Of a stretch of DNA of 64,000 nucleotides, positions 1 through 13,600 are shown piece by piece. Each line of letters opens with the position of its first letter. Position 1 is the first letter of the stretch. Origin of the DNA: Epiperipatus broadwayi (taxonomy: Eukaryota; Animalia; Onychophora). The position numbers were made by a program, and so were the translations under genes. The stretch covers positions 8,494,001 through 8,558,000 of the forward strand of contig JAQFVV010000007.1 in assembly GCA_028023455.1 (NCBI GenBank). The letters are read 5' to 3'. The notes under the pieces are model-generated. The model was not told the DNA's origin. It saw only the letters and a list, made by a program, of their open reading frames with translations, and did no database searches.

Positions 1-1515
1 AATTGTAAAATTACAGTAAACTTTAAGAGTTACGTCTACACTAATTTCTCTGAAAGAGTTTAAGCAAACGCATCCGAAATGTATAAAAACAGCCTATTAA
101 TTATATTAAAACAAAGTGTGTTCATTATTCAGGAACCATTTAAAATCGGACACCATGAAGATGAAATGAGCACAGAAATTCATTCAGTTAAGCAAATTAA
201 AAAATTTCCATTATCTCACTTGGGATCGATCCAGAAATCTCAAAAACGTGAGGGCGCCTAACACCTCTAAGTTAAACTGTTCACGAAGTAGTTTTGACAT
301 CAGCTGAGTATATAATGCTAAAGTTGGATTAGTTTGGTTAGGTAAAGAATACATTATATTCGATTTAATAAAAACTGAGTAAAGCTAATATTGTTTACAT
401 TTACCATCTTATAGAAAGTTTAATCGAGGATTATCGCCATTATTTCAGACAAAGCATTCCTATTAATCTGACTACAAAAAAGCTGAAACATATATAAATA
501 TACAGACATTATATATAAAAGTAAACAGATAAAATGTTCGATCTTATTTTTTATTTATAATATTAGATAAATTATTTTGCTTACAGATGACTTTTGAAAT
601 GAAATGTTTTTAAAAAACTGTCATTTCAATTACATTTTTTTTTTTAATATTTCCATCATCTTTTGATCTTCAAAATATTTCTCAGAGCTGGAAGTTTTCT
701 TTTCATTGACTTTATTACAAGAAAATTTTACTTTGACGTGACCAACATCTTTCAAACAATTAAATATTATATTTCCTATATCTATTAATAACAAAAACCA
801 ACCAACATTGTAAAAATAATATCAGAAACTATCAGTAGATGGCACCAAAGTCTGCACTATTAAAACACTAGAATGATTGATGTCGGATAATTAAGTTTAC
901 AATTATTGCTATTCCATTTTAATTGGAAGTCATTTGAAAATAAAATTAATCAAAAAATAATAAGTAATTTTTCATAACATATATTAATTTTATCTTTATG
1001 GCATTTTTATGATGATATCCTTTAATGTTTCCTATAAATTTGTGATATAATTTGCAAATAAAATCATGCACGATATTAGGAAATTATAATTCCCTAAATG
1101 AGCCTATTTACAAATCATAAACTGGTTAAATGCTATACAAAAGAATTAATTTAAATTACTTGCTATCCCAACAGAAAATTAGTTTTCTTTAGGGATCAAG
1201 TAATTTATATATATATTAGTTTTTATTCAGTTAGAAAGAATAACGAAAATGATGCAAATTATTAAAAATATATAAATATAACAAATAGTATATACAAATT
1301 ATAGGCTAAATATGACTTATTCATCTCATGTGAACTGCATCCTCCGAATTCATGCTATCAATTTAAATCTGAAATGAAATAAAATTAATTCTTCCTATTA
1401 TTGGGGACCTCAAAAAAGTTAGGTTCTGAAATAAACAATCTTTTGGGTAGGTAATCACAGTTCGAGATATACTTATGCACAAGCAGATAGACCCATACCA
1501 TAAATAAACGTTTGG

Positions 1516-2336
1516 CTATTTGTTCAATAGATCATATATATTCAAAAAAATAAAATAGCTATCCTCAGTCTGCTTACTTTAATGCTCCAGCAACTTAGAA
1601 ATTTCTGCAAAATCAACCACAAATGATTTATTTCAGTGTGTAACATTTTGGAACGCTCAATAAAAAGATTTACTAAGAAGCTGAATGAAAAAAAAAATAT
1701 ATGGATATCTTAAAAAGATTTACCAGGCTGCAATTGAATCATAATTTTAGATAATATCAGAGTGAATAATTATTATCAATTCACAGAATAATTCCTGGGC
1801 TGATATGAATATAAACACTATTAAACTATCAGAGCAACTGTAAAAAAAATTTTCAGACAGAACAATAAGCTATCTTGTATATTTAAAAACCTATTGTTCA
1901 TCAGTAGTGATGTGATGAGATTTCCAACTACTGGTATCTGTAAAAATCAGTAGTAATCATAGATAAGGTTTCTGAGGTATGTTTGAAACCTGTACATAAG
2001 CCAGCATCAATATTGCATGAGATTGCTGAGTACTGCGTTTGAACTCTTCAATAAGCCAACAGCAATGTTGAATGAAATTTCTGAATATAGTCTTTGAACT
2101 TTTTGCACAAACCTTTGACCAAATGTTGTTGAGCCTGTGTATAATATATCTACTTCTTTTGTTTCCATACACTTTATTTGCATCTGCACCTTATTATAAA
2201 AATCAGAAGAAAAATAAAAAGATATTATTATCAACAATTAATTAAATCTATGCTAATCCTCAGATTGTGCTATTATATATTGTTTATAATTTCAAAATTA
2301 AAAGCAGCCATAGTTTGAAAAATATAGACAATTACC
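1516..2336 (-). pseudogene. Possible decayed spliced gene of unknown family
   Basis: A chain of GT..AG introns (146, 52, 53, 43 and 62 bp) links segments 2189-1990, 1937-1891, 1837-1724 and 1680-1578 in consistent phase. It reads GADANKVYG...AILMLAYVQ/IPVVGNLITSLLMNNS/CSDSL...HSDII*NYDSIAAC/FLVNLFIERSK...CWSIK, with one in-frame TAA. The introns are unusually short. Confidence 0.35.
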
Positions 2337-2870
2337 ATGGTCTTCTGGTCAAAATATGCATCCTTTTTATATTTTGCAAATTTTATCAAGGAATGTAAAT
2401 TTCTTTTCATGCTTTCAGACAGATAATCAATTGATAGATTGCATGAACACCCATATATCAATAAATCAATCCAGTTCAATTATTGTGCCAGTATGAATGC
2501 TTAGTAGACAATAAAAAAATGGAAGTATCTTTTTCTAGCTGTTGCTAAGCAATTATAAATAATTGGCATAGTAGTTGATAGATGTGTTTTATTGATATAT
2601 GGATGAGATTATTCTTTGTATATTGTATCCAGTTAGTATTCTATGTTAGATATTTTTGTAAATATTAAATTAGCCGTTAATTTTGAGTTAAAAATTAAAT
2701 ACATTATGATCAATTTCTTGACTCCATAAGGGGTGTAAATATTTAATAACATTAAAACTTTATGATAGAACTATAAATACATTCGCACTGATTCTTTATA
2801 TATATATGATACACTGAATTTGTAAATCTATATTATAAATAAATTACTTTTGTTTAATAAAGCAAGTACA

Positions 2871-3141
2871 ATTATAAGGGATTTGAACCCAGACTTTTTG
2901 ACATATATGTGAAAAAGATAAATGATCTCCAATACATGTATTTTGTGCTGAACCAGCACTCATCAGTTGGTCCAGATCATCATCTCCCACATATATATGT
3001 AATCAGCACTAGTTCAACACAAAATTCGTAGTAGAAATTATTTATTTTTTTCACATATATGTAGTCATGTGTATCGGTTGTATGACATGAAATCAATGAT
3101 TAAAGGGAGCATAAAAGTCTGGGTTCAAACCTTCTCTAATT
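2871..3141. repeat. Family A HHR repeat, inverted pair (minus then partial plus)
   Basis: The left end GGGATTTGAACCCAGACT is the reverse complement of the right end AGTCTGGGTTCAAACC. It shares blocks with 26948-27140, 33235-33550 and 55745-56281. Confidence 0.8.
2922..2980 (-). ncRNA. Type I hammerhead ribozyme motif, family A (G12 mutated)
   Basis: Reverse complement: ATGATCTGGACCAA-CTGATGA-GTGCT GGTTC AGCAC-AAAA-TACATGTA-TTGGAGATCAT. Stem II is perfect and stem I is CCAA/TTGG plus ATGATCT/AGATCAT. GAAA has become AAAA. Confidence 0.75.
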
Positions 3142-3659
3142 ACATATGGCTTAAAGTGTATATGTATTTGAATATTAAAGTAAATACAATAAATTATATT
3201 AAAACAGAAGACAGCTGTCATTATAATTATTGAAAATTAATTAATTTTCTTAAAGATAGTTTTAAATATATTTTAATTAATAATTGGAAATATTTTCTTT
3301 CAATTATTAAATACGATGCGTGATTTTGATTGTCAAGATTATATAAGGTATTAATGATATGATGTTAAATATCAGAGAAAAAATATGATCAACAGATTAT
3401 GTTGATAAATTTGATTTATTAAATAGAAGGTACAATATGAAAAATTATAGGAAAAAGACAAAAAAATTAAAATCTGCCAAAAAGGGAAATCAAAACCCAT
3501 AGTATGAATAGAGTAGAAAAGGTACATCAAATCACTATAGAGTTTAAATTCTGGATACATTTAATAACATCAGATGAAAGAAAAGAAATAACTTAAACAC
3601 TAAAAATGCACAAGCTAAAGAAACATTTAATAAAAAATGAGAATTACTTCATAACAGAG

Positions 3660-4070
3660 AATCACTTTATCAGGAGGTGCATCTAGAACTTTATATGTGT
3701 CAGATATGTAGACATTGCTTGAATCTGAAAAAAATAAATTAAGAACATTTAAGATGTAGTATTATGAATGCATGACAAAAATACCAGGGACAGCTAGGAT
3801 GAAAAATGAAGACTTGTGATTGGAAAAAGATAGAGATGTCTTGGGTACTTGCTCAAAGAAAAAAAATATAGTTAGTTAATGAGATAAGTGGAATAATGCT
3901 AATTGTTTTTGGAGAGAATGATGGAAAAAAGGTCATAAAGAAAAAGAATGAGGTTGAACTATCAGAATGTAATTAAAAAATATGGACTTACAAATTTATG
4001 AAAGATTTAGCATTAGAAAAAAGTATAAAAAACTATATTACCACTGACTTTTAGGTTGGTAGAAAAAGGA
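3660..4070 (+). mobile_element. RTE-like LINE 3' remnant
   Basis: Degenerate translation resembling the RTE C-terminus (TLLESEKNKLRTF...MTKIPGTARMKNED...MMEKR). Confidence 0.5.
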
Positions 4071-4691
4071 AATAGACATTTTTTATCAATACATTTTTGT
4101 ATTAAGTAATTGCTATTTTATTTTATTTTTTTTCACAATTTTTTTTTCCTTATTAAACATATTACTTCTTCATTCTATTTAACATTGATTCACTCACATT
4201 ATGCAAATGAAGTTCAGTCAATGAAGATTTTTTTAATTCTACTTTTTCCCCCTGGTAATGCAGTAATCATCCAGTAAAAAAAAATACTTACATACTTCAC
4301 TTTATATATATTTTTCTATCTTTGCTAAAGTTCAGATATAATTTTTTAATGTTTTTCATTTGTAAACTAATATTTCTAATAAATCAAGTTCAATTTATTG
4401 AATTCTAGTATAAAATAAAGGTTTGTTTACTAACATCAAATATTGAATATTTACAAAAATTGCCACCAGAGCAAACAATGGAAATATATATTCTTCTGTG
4501 AATAAAAAGACAAAAAAATTAACATTGATATATATTGGGAATATAAAAAAAGTCGTAATAAAGATGATTATATTTCAACCTAAAATTATAAAAATAAAGT
4601 TATGAAAGTAATTGTATATAAATATCATCTCAATAGCTATCTAATTTGAAAAGCCTTAACAATCCTAAGGCCACTTTTAGGTAATCATTAA

Positions 4692-4944
4692 TTATAAACA
4701 AGGCAAAACTCTCCATACAGTAGTGCCATCCTGTGCCAACCAGAGTAATCAATGGATGTCAGAAACTAGTCTGGGGATATTGGATGAGTAGGCATAAGAT
4801 TGGGATTTTATGCACAAGCCTTCTGGCATCCATTGATTACTCTGATTGGCACAGGGTGGCACTACTGTATGAAGAGTTTTGCCTTGTTTATAAACAATTA
4901 TGTGCTAGTATAAGAGATGGTGGTCATGTGATGCTTAATGGTTT
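4692..4944. repeat. Truncated family C insertion forming a 73-bp-arm hairpin
   Basis: 4692-4764 is a near-perfect inverted repeat of 4821-4893. The plus portion begins at the HHR 3' half (GAAACTAGTCTGGGGATATTGG, 4762) and ends CATGTGATGCTTAATGGTTTA. Confidence 0.85.
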
Positions 4945-7900
4945 AGTCATTAATTAATTAAAAAACAAAATCTCAAAAACGATAGCATTACTTATTACTG
5001 CAAAGGAAGGTTTAATATTTTGAAATATCCCTTTGATAAATTAATCCTGTATTCTAATGTGTAATTATATTCATGTTGGTTTTACTAGAGAACACTTTAA
5101 CACAAAGCATAAAAAGAAAAAAATATTATTAATATTATTTACTATTTTTCTTATAAATGAGAACGGTCAGCTTCAAGAATTAAATGTTTCTGGGAGCTTC
5201 TGTGTAGTAAAAATATAATAGCTAAATGGCTGGCATTTCAGTACAATAACAAGTACTTTCCCTCAGAGCTTCTTCTTTTCCAAATCATAAGAATGTGTGT
5301 GTTGAGATTTAAAAATTGTTGTATTTTCTTTTGTTATTTTCTCCTCATTCTTAAATTTTATCGGTTGAGTAGTTTTAAAAAATATTTCCACTTCCAATAG
5401 ATTTTTCCAAATGTTGTTAATTTTCTTTAATTCACACTTTTCATTTATGCTCTTAGGTCTTTTAAATATATATATATCACTTTATACTAGTAATTTATAT
5501 TTATTTGAGGCTAGGTGAGAATAAATAAATTCCATAAGATTATGATTACTATTGGCATTAGTTTTGTTATGAAAAGTTTAATTAAAATTCTCATGTTATT
5601 TCCATTCCTGGAAATTGCAGTTAAAATATTATTTTATCACTTGTATATTATTTGTTATTTTTTCAATCTATTGACATAAATGTTAATTTTAAAAATTCAT
5701 ATGTAAAAATATATTGATAACTGGTCGATCTTTTTACTATGTGAATGCTTTTAAAATGTGCTTTCTAAATTTTCATGTCCCAAATATTTAGTTTTGCATT
5801 TAAATCATATCTCATTCACCATATCAGCTGATCTCACTCACCAATTGAATGCATTAATAGATTGTTAGTTGGGAAAACCTTAGTGGCTAGACTTCCTATC
5901 ATTTATATAATTTTACTTGTTGATACTGCAACGGTCAGGTTCGAGCCCTTCACATTGCACCTTTCAGTTTAACTACCAAACCTATCTGTGCTGGGTTCAA
6001 ACCCTATTAAAATGAGTATTTTAATAACTTTTCTATCACAGCTGGGTGCACAGCATTATATATGCACATATGAATAAACGATGTACATACATAGGCTAGT
6101 AGTTGTTACAGCAAGTATAATGTTAAATTATTTATTTTATAAAATATAAAATTTAATGTTATAATTTTTTAAATAGTAGAAATGTCAATTTATTAAATTT
6201 AATAAATATAAATTCGTATGTGGATGTATGATTCACCTTATATAATATATATAGAGTGGCGTGATTTTGTTTTTGTAAAAGAGCAAAAAGTTTTTAGTTA
6301 AAATTAAAAAGTTGGTGATAAACAGATTTGCATTTAAGTCCACCGCACCTGGGATTAAATCAAATTTAGAAAGTTCATAATTGCTATACTCAAATTTATT
6401 TATAGCAAAAATAGTCATTAAAATTGCTTTAGCAAAACTATTTTGACACCTGGGAGAGGATTTGCGGTGTCATGGAAGCCTAAATAAAAGTACTTTTGAT
6501 CAAATTGCGAAATCTTACATTTTAGTGTGATGTTTTGGATAAAGTTAATGGGTTTCCAGGTAAAACAGGTTATTTTCTAGTAAAAGTATAAATAGGGTCA
6601 ATTTTAAGCTTGTAGTGGGGAGGTCATTAATTTTAGAAGGGTGTCACCATGCTGAATCTACGTCAGATCGATCTTTGAAAGATCTGATGGGAGAATGGCG
6701 ATGGCTGCTTCTAAACCCAATGAAAGAATGGTGCGATCACTGCTAGCCGATGCTTCAACCACCGGAGCTGCCACAAGAAACTATCCAGCTATGCCCACTC
6801 AAGAAGACCATGCTACCTGAAAGTCAACACCTGCTTATACAGTCCAGCAACTAATTAATCGGTAATGCCAATCCATATTCTCAGAGCTCTGTGTTAACGA
6901 ACAATTTCTAAATTAAAATTTTCCACGTCAAAGGTTAAAGCTAGCAAATTATAAAATAATGTATTTTTTTTAAACTTCTATGAATGTTTTATTATCAATT
7001 CTCATTTAAGTAAATATTATTTCATTTGTATAACTTGTCTATATCTTAATTAAACTAAATGTAACCTACGCAAATTTCTTAGTCAATCACTGTTATTCTT
7101 ATTTATATGCCAATGCTTTGAAGCAGCGAGCATTTAAACATAATAAATATCCGGAGATATAATTGCAAATATCTTTCCCATCGTTATTTTCTTAATAACA
7201 TTATCGATGCTCGCTGGTATGAATTCCTAGAATTTTATTTAATTTTAAATGTATTGTGGCCTGCTATTAAATTTTATCTTATTGAGATTAAAATAATGTG
7301 CTGGGCTTAGTAATATGAAAGTATATCCAGAAATTATTTGGCCATTCGATCAAATATACTTTCCCCTCCCCTGTAATAAATTATATATATAGATTGAAAC
7401 CTATAAACCAGAGTTTTATTATATTTTATTTGTTCCCTTAATGTTGCTTGATTTTATATAGTGTCATTAGAATTGTCTCATGATAGTAATGCTGACCGGG
7501 CTATTGCCCCTATTTTTGTAATAATTAACATCATACTTCTATTTAGCGGATTAGATACCTTAACTTCACGTTCAATGTTTGACATTTTGCTGCATCTTCT
7601 GAAGATGGGGCCTTGGGAAAGGCTACCTCATCTTACCGTCTTTTGGGGTGCACACCAGTAAGACCGGACGTAATAATTCCTGGCAGTCGTGTTAGCCAAC
7701 CTCGACCTTTTAGCAGCATGCTGCTTGGTTCCAGGGTACTTACAGGTGGTTGTAATGAAAACCCTTCACTCTAATCTATCCATAGGGCACTCTATTATTG
7801 TAATTTGCCGGTGCTGTAGCGTGTCGGTGATCTCGTTATAGCCAATTATGAATCCCATAATTTAATTAATTATTCAGTATTAAACTGAAATTTATATCTT

Positions 7901-10223
7901 TGGTTTCTGGGTTCAATGTCTACTCTGAGCTAAATTACACGCTCATACTTTATTAAAGTAATAATGTCTTCATAAATATTTTGCTTAAAATATTTATGTA
8001 ATTGTTTAAATAAAAATATTTAAAAGGAAAAGATAATAAATATTTTGCCTAAGACTGTTACAGCAAATTTAAATAGTAGCTACCACTTTCAATAGTAATT
8101 GGCAGAATCTTATTTAGGCATAGCTTAGTGATCCTTTAAATGTATCTTCATATTAATAATTAAAGATTTTCTGAGGAGAAATGTCAAATCCTCACATTAT
8201 AAAGCCTGCGTGCTTTTCCCACATTAAATTATGTTTTGTTTAATAAATTAAACAATTCAAAACAAAACAACACTCTCCATATAGTAGTGCCATGTGATGT
8301 TTAGTTGTTTAATAAATATATGTTAAATTTATTCTGGTTTCGGGTTATTTCTCATTCCTATTTCAATCCAATTCAGTCTTAGTTAATTATATATGTGATA
8401 TAACTATATATGCATTAATTACCATTTATGAAAGTTATCCTTAATTTCGTGCTGGTAGCAATTAAATTAGTTAATATATATATATTTAAAGTCCCGAGTT
8501 TCATATTTCTCCCTGCCCTATGGCGGCCGCGAAAAATGAATATACTATGTGTAACTTCAAGTGTGGTCATTCATAGGGTCTTTAGTCATGCAGTATGGGC
8601 AAATGAGTTGAAGTGTAGTCAGATTCTGGACATTACAATCCTACTCTGGTCAGCTTTGGTCTCTTTGTCTAGATTCTAGATTCTGTTACACGAATGTACC
8701 AAACTTGACCATTACAATACTTGGGCAAAGATAACATATTCTAGAATTAAATATTTTTAGGAGGAATTTAAATGCATTGTACTACTAAGACATACATTTA
8801 AACATACTCACCATTAAATATATTTGATTTCATTTATTAAAGACTAGAATTTGCAGTTAGTAATAAAGTACATGGATATTACCTTTTAGCAATATAATGT
8901 AAATATAATCTGAACCTGGTAAATTCTTTCTTATATTTTTATGATCAGTTTATGAATGGATATTTTTTCTCTATTTCTTCCTAGTTATATTAATCACACT
9001 CATTCATGATTATATTGTTTTTATCCATATATCTGGAAGAAATTGTAAAAATTGTTGATACAAATTACTTTATTTATTTAGCTATGAGCACATATTGATT
9101 TTATGGCAAGATACTTCTATCCTAGGGTTTAGATTTATTGATTTAACGGATTACAACTTCACCTACCACCATTCTACAATGTGTAAATCTGTAATCTTTA
9201 TATCCAGATATATTTCATTATGCTTTGTGATATATATCTTATGATGAAGAAAAATACCACCTCATTTAAATTTTAGATGATGGACAACCATATACATCTG
9301 ATAAATTCCTTCACAATGTATAGCCATTGTAAACAGCTCATTACATGGGTTTTAAATCCGAGATTTAAAGCTTAACAATTTTTCAGGATTTGCCCCATAA
9401 TCAACCCAACCAATGGATAATTAGCTATTACTAATTAGAAAATAAAATGAAATTCAAGCAACTTGCTGTAGACTAGCCTGCTTTTGTTCTTTTTATGTAG
9501 TATCTGCTTTTGCACTGACATAAGTAATTAAGATTATTTTATTTTTTATTTTACTGGCTCCTAATTTCAAATTTTAATAAAAATTGTAATTTTATTATAT
9601 CAATGATAACTATTGCTAAGTTGTTGCAAATACAGAAATGGCATTATGTTCTATTCAAACCTTTGTTTAGAGGAGCTTTTAGAAATTCTGCACTGAATTA
9701 TTCTCAACAGAATGCCTGCCAGGAGCTTGCCAGTTGTTTTATTTTAAATAATCCATTTTCAGGGCCTTCTAGTATAAACAATAGGGATGGCTCTAAGTTA
9801 CTGTGTTCAATATTTACTTTTTGTTTTATTAAAATGATAAATAAAAAAACACAGAAGTCCAATAAGTTGTAATTACTTTTTTTAATGTAAATTCACTACA
9901 CCAACTGTAAACTAATCTTAGTGCACTCATAAATCATATTTGGAAACTTCTAAACCACATTTCTTTTCAAACAAATAGGTATTTAGAATATGTTTGCACA
10001 CAATACCATTATTGCATCTATGTTTGCACATAAAGTGTCATATTGTGTCCATTATTACACACTTTTCAGGCAATCACTACCTTATAATTTTGAAAATATT
10101 TCACTGCATCTATCTTGTTCTGTCAATGAAAGATTCCAAATTTTAGTCACATTTCAAAAATGATAAGTCAAAAAAAAATATTAAAAAAAATAACGATAAT
10201 TTTAACCTTGTATTATCTGTTTG

Positions 10224-10612
10224 CCTTGTGTTAAGTGTTCACCATGTGTTAACATTTGGATGTTATGTTGTGAATGGAATATATTAAAAAATGTATTCAA
10301 ATTGGTTAAATTTAACATTCAGTATAGAATACATTTGTTCATATTTTTTAAAGTTAACGACCTATACATATTCAAAAAAATAATTTTCAAGATAAAAAAA
10401 ATGTTTACAAATACTTCAGCTTTAAAAATTGTTTACATTTTTTCCTTCAAAATTATTTTCTCAAGTATGTATAGGTTATTAACTTTAAAAAATATCAACA
10501 AATGTATTCTAAATTGAATGTTAATTTTAAAAAAATTGAATACATTTTTTAATAAATTCTATTCACAATATAACATCCCAATGATAACACATGGTTAATG
10601 CTTAACATGAGG
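10224..10612. mobile_element. Fold-back/MITE-like imperfect palindrome (~190-bp arms)
   Basis: The left end CCTTGTGTTAAGTGTTCACCATGTGTTAACATTTGGATGTTATGTTGTGAAT matches the reverse complement of the right end; complementarity continues to the centre. No TSD recognised. Confidence 0.7.
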
Positions 10613-13600
10613 TGAACCGGTAACTCATGGCTAAAACAATTTTTTTTAACATTCTACTTTTGCCCTATCATTTTTGGAAATATGCTTAAATTTTGGAATC
10701 TTTTATCAACAGAACAAGATGCAATGGAATATTTAAAAAATTTTATCATTGTAATAAATAAAGAAATAATAAATATTGAATGTGATAATTTAAGATGCAG
10801 CTCTATTGTTTATTCTAAAAGATGCTGAAAATGGATTATTGAAAATAAAATGGCTGACAAGCTTCAAGCATGTATATTGCATAAGTACCTTTTCAAATTA
10901 CTCGTAACAAAAATAAACACTATTGGTATTAGCTACATTACATTGTAATTATTTCCCACCAAAACTTAGTGGTAATTTATGGGAAAAGTACAAATTTTAC
11001 TTTAGTTTTTAAACATTTATTCTATAATAGAATTCAATAAACTTGATTTAATTAAAAATGTTAATTTATAAAAGTATTCTAATAAATCATATTTGAATCT
11101 TTCAAATATTAAAAAGTAATATTAACATAAACTATATTGAATTATGTAATAATAATAATGTCTATTTTATTTCATGATTGGGTAACTATACTGTAAAAAA
11201 ATTGAGAAGTAAATTAACAAAATCTTTATTGTTTGAAGTTTGACTTTAAAATTGAAACCAATAATTATAAAATGGTTACAAGTCTATCAAATAAGACTCT
11301 AAACTTAAAAATTGTATTCATAATTATAAAATTATCACCAACAATCAGTATTGCTGAACTTTGACAGCTCATAAATTTAGATTGTGTTTGTGGTGCATAT
11401 TGAAGCATTTGGTTAATCTAAATTTTTAAAAATAAAAGATATTTTTAAAAAAATGTAAATGCAAAATTATTTACTTTTTAATTGATTATTGTAAAAATAT
11501 TTTGTAAAAGTAATTATAAAGATTTAAAAAGTCTTAAAAAATACTACTACTTTGCAATTTGATCAGAACAATGAGGAGAGCATGCCCAAGTTTATTTGCA
11601 CCTATAAGATTAAGGAATGAACCAATCATAAAATGAATAAGATGCAGTGTTTTCTTTAAAGTCAGTTCCTCAAGCTACTGACATCTTCAGATTTTAAGAA
11701 CTAATGTTTTAGTATTTTCATTAATTCACATTTTTAAAGGTAAACTGAATTTAAAGGGTCAAAATAACATTAAAAATGACATAAAAAGAATGACTTGTCA
11801 GAAAGAGAATGCTTTAAAAAACTGCTTTCAGGATCATCATAGTTCTTGGTCAAAATCATTGCTGTTTTCATGGTTACTAAGTTGTTCATTTAGAAGTAAC
11901 TTGCAATAACTAAGATATCTTTCAAGCAAAAATAATACATCATAAGAGTTAATAATCTTTCCAACACTAATATGCATATACAGTATAATGTTAGAACTTA
12001 ATTAACATTTAAAATACATTTAAATATGTTATATACATTTGCAAATATATCAATAATTATTGATTATAGATATTTTTATCTAGAAATATTTAATAGCTAT
12101 TTTATTAAATTGATCCTTCTATCTTATAAGAAAAAATGTATATATATATATTGTAACGGTATATAAATATGCCATTACATTAATTTAAAATAAAATCTTA
12201 AAGTTCGCAAATAAAAATAAAATCTATTAAAAAAAAAAAACAACTAAACACTAAAATTAAAATGTTTGTTAAACGTATATATTCGCACAGATTCAAAACT
12301 TTAAAAATATTTTTTTATAAATAAAAAAAAGTAGTTGAACATATTTTTTATAAAAAAATACAAGATTTAAATATAAAAATATTGTAATAAAGAAATAACG
12401 TAAGTAAATGGAAGTGATTGTTTATTAATTGAAAAGCAAGCTAGCCTTGGGCTCTTGTCTAATTAAAATGTGTAATTAAAAAGTCAGATGAAAATTAGAT
12501 AAGAAATAAAGAATTAGTTTGTCCAATATAGAAGCAGCAAATAAAGGCCCGGACCATAACGAAAAAATAGAACAGTGACGTTTTTGTTCACGGAATCCAT
12601 AGGAGGATTATAAAAAGATAAATATTCAGTTTCCTGACAGTTTTCAAACTGGATTTGGTGAGAAGAACGACAAGACACACTTGTCATTCTCTCTCACTTA
12701 TTTTTTAAAAAATGAAAAGACTGTGATACCAGAATGGAACCAGCTAATGCTACCTCCAAAATATCAGACCGGTCTTCCCAGAAAATCTTCGTGGGAATTG
12801 CCAACAGGAACACATTCTTCTACTGTAGGCCATTGACATGAACTCTAAAATTTAAAAATAATTAAGAACTTTCATTCAAGCTTATGAACTACCATCTGAC
12901 TTTTAAGTTTAAAATCAATTGATAATGTTTAATTCTATATGTTTTCGTTTGATAAAAAAATCATTTCCATTTATTATTTTATTTGTATGAATATTTATTG
13001 TTTAAATTTTAAATGAGGAAATTTAAGGTTGGATATAGACGTTGCATAGATTCATTAGCAGTTAATTATGTTGTGGTTTTCACATTCGATTCGAATATAT
13101 GTCAACGATGTCACTGCGACATCTTACTATGAATGCTATTGGGTTGTGTATTCCCTATGCAATTGACATTATCGATGATTTTGTATTTTGATCGGTTGTG
13201 TTTATTTTGAAATGTTTTTAACTGTGGAATCTGTGCAGCTGATCTATACTCGACATGATAAAACAAATTGTATAAAATTCATCTGTGCGAACGTATCTAA
13301 ATGTTAATTTTAAGTCGGGCGTGAATGGCTATATAGATTTGTAAAGTTATATATATAGTTTAAGGGAGGGTAATCTTAGGTTATTCATTTCGTAATTGAA
13401 TTAGCTCAATTGATTGGATACATTTGTGTAATTAGTAGATGTAGTATGAGATCCGCTACAGGCAGGATTGCATATATATGCCACACACCTTCTGTTTGCC
13501 TATGGATGGGTTTGTAAGTTGGCAAAGGACCACAGTCCATTCCTATGGAGTTTTTTGTTTATTGTTCTACTCACCAACAGATGTAGCATTCCTGTTGGTG

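Noticed and set aside
1724-2540. Idea that in-frame TAA codons reflect a variant genetic code or stop-correcting RNA editing
   Set aside because: A frame mismatch at the 2336/2189 junction and the general decay of the region make ordinary pseudogenisation or chance far more likely.
5870-6010. tRNA gene suggested by GGTTCGAGCCC and GGGTTCAAACCC
   Set aside because: No cloverleaf or anticodon arm could be built; these are SINE-like debris. No bona fide tRNA or rRNA gene was seen in the window.
10680-10950. Frame MLKFWNLLSTEQDAMEYLKN...C..., reminiscent of an ISXO2/Merlin transposase N-terminus
   Set aside because: It is short and interrupted, with no catalytic domain or TIRs to support it.
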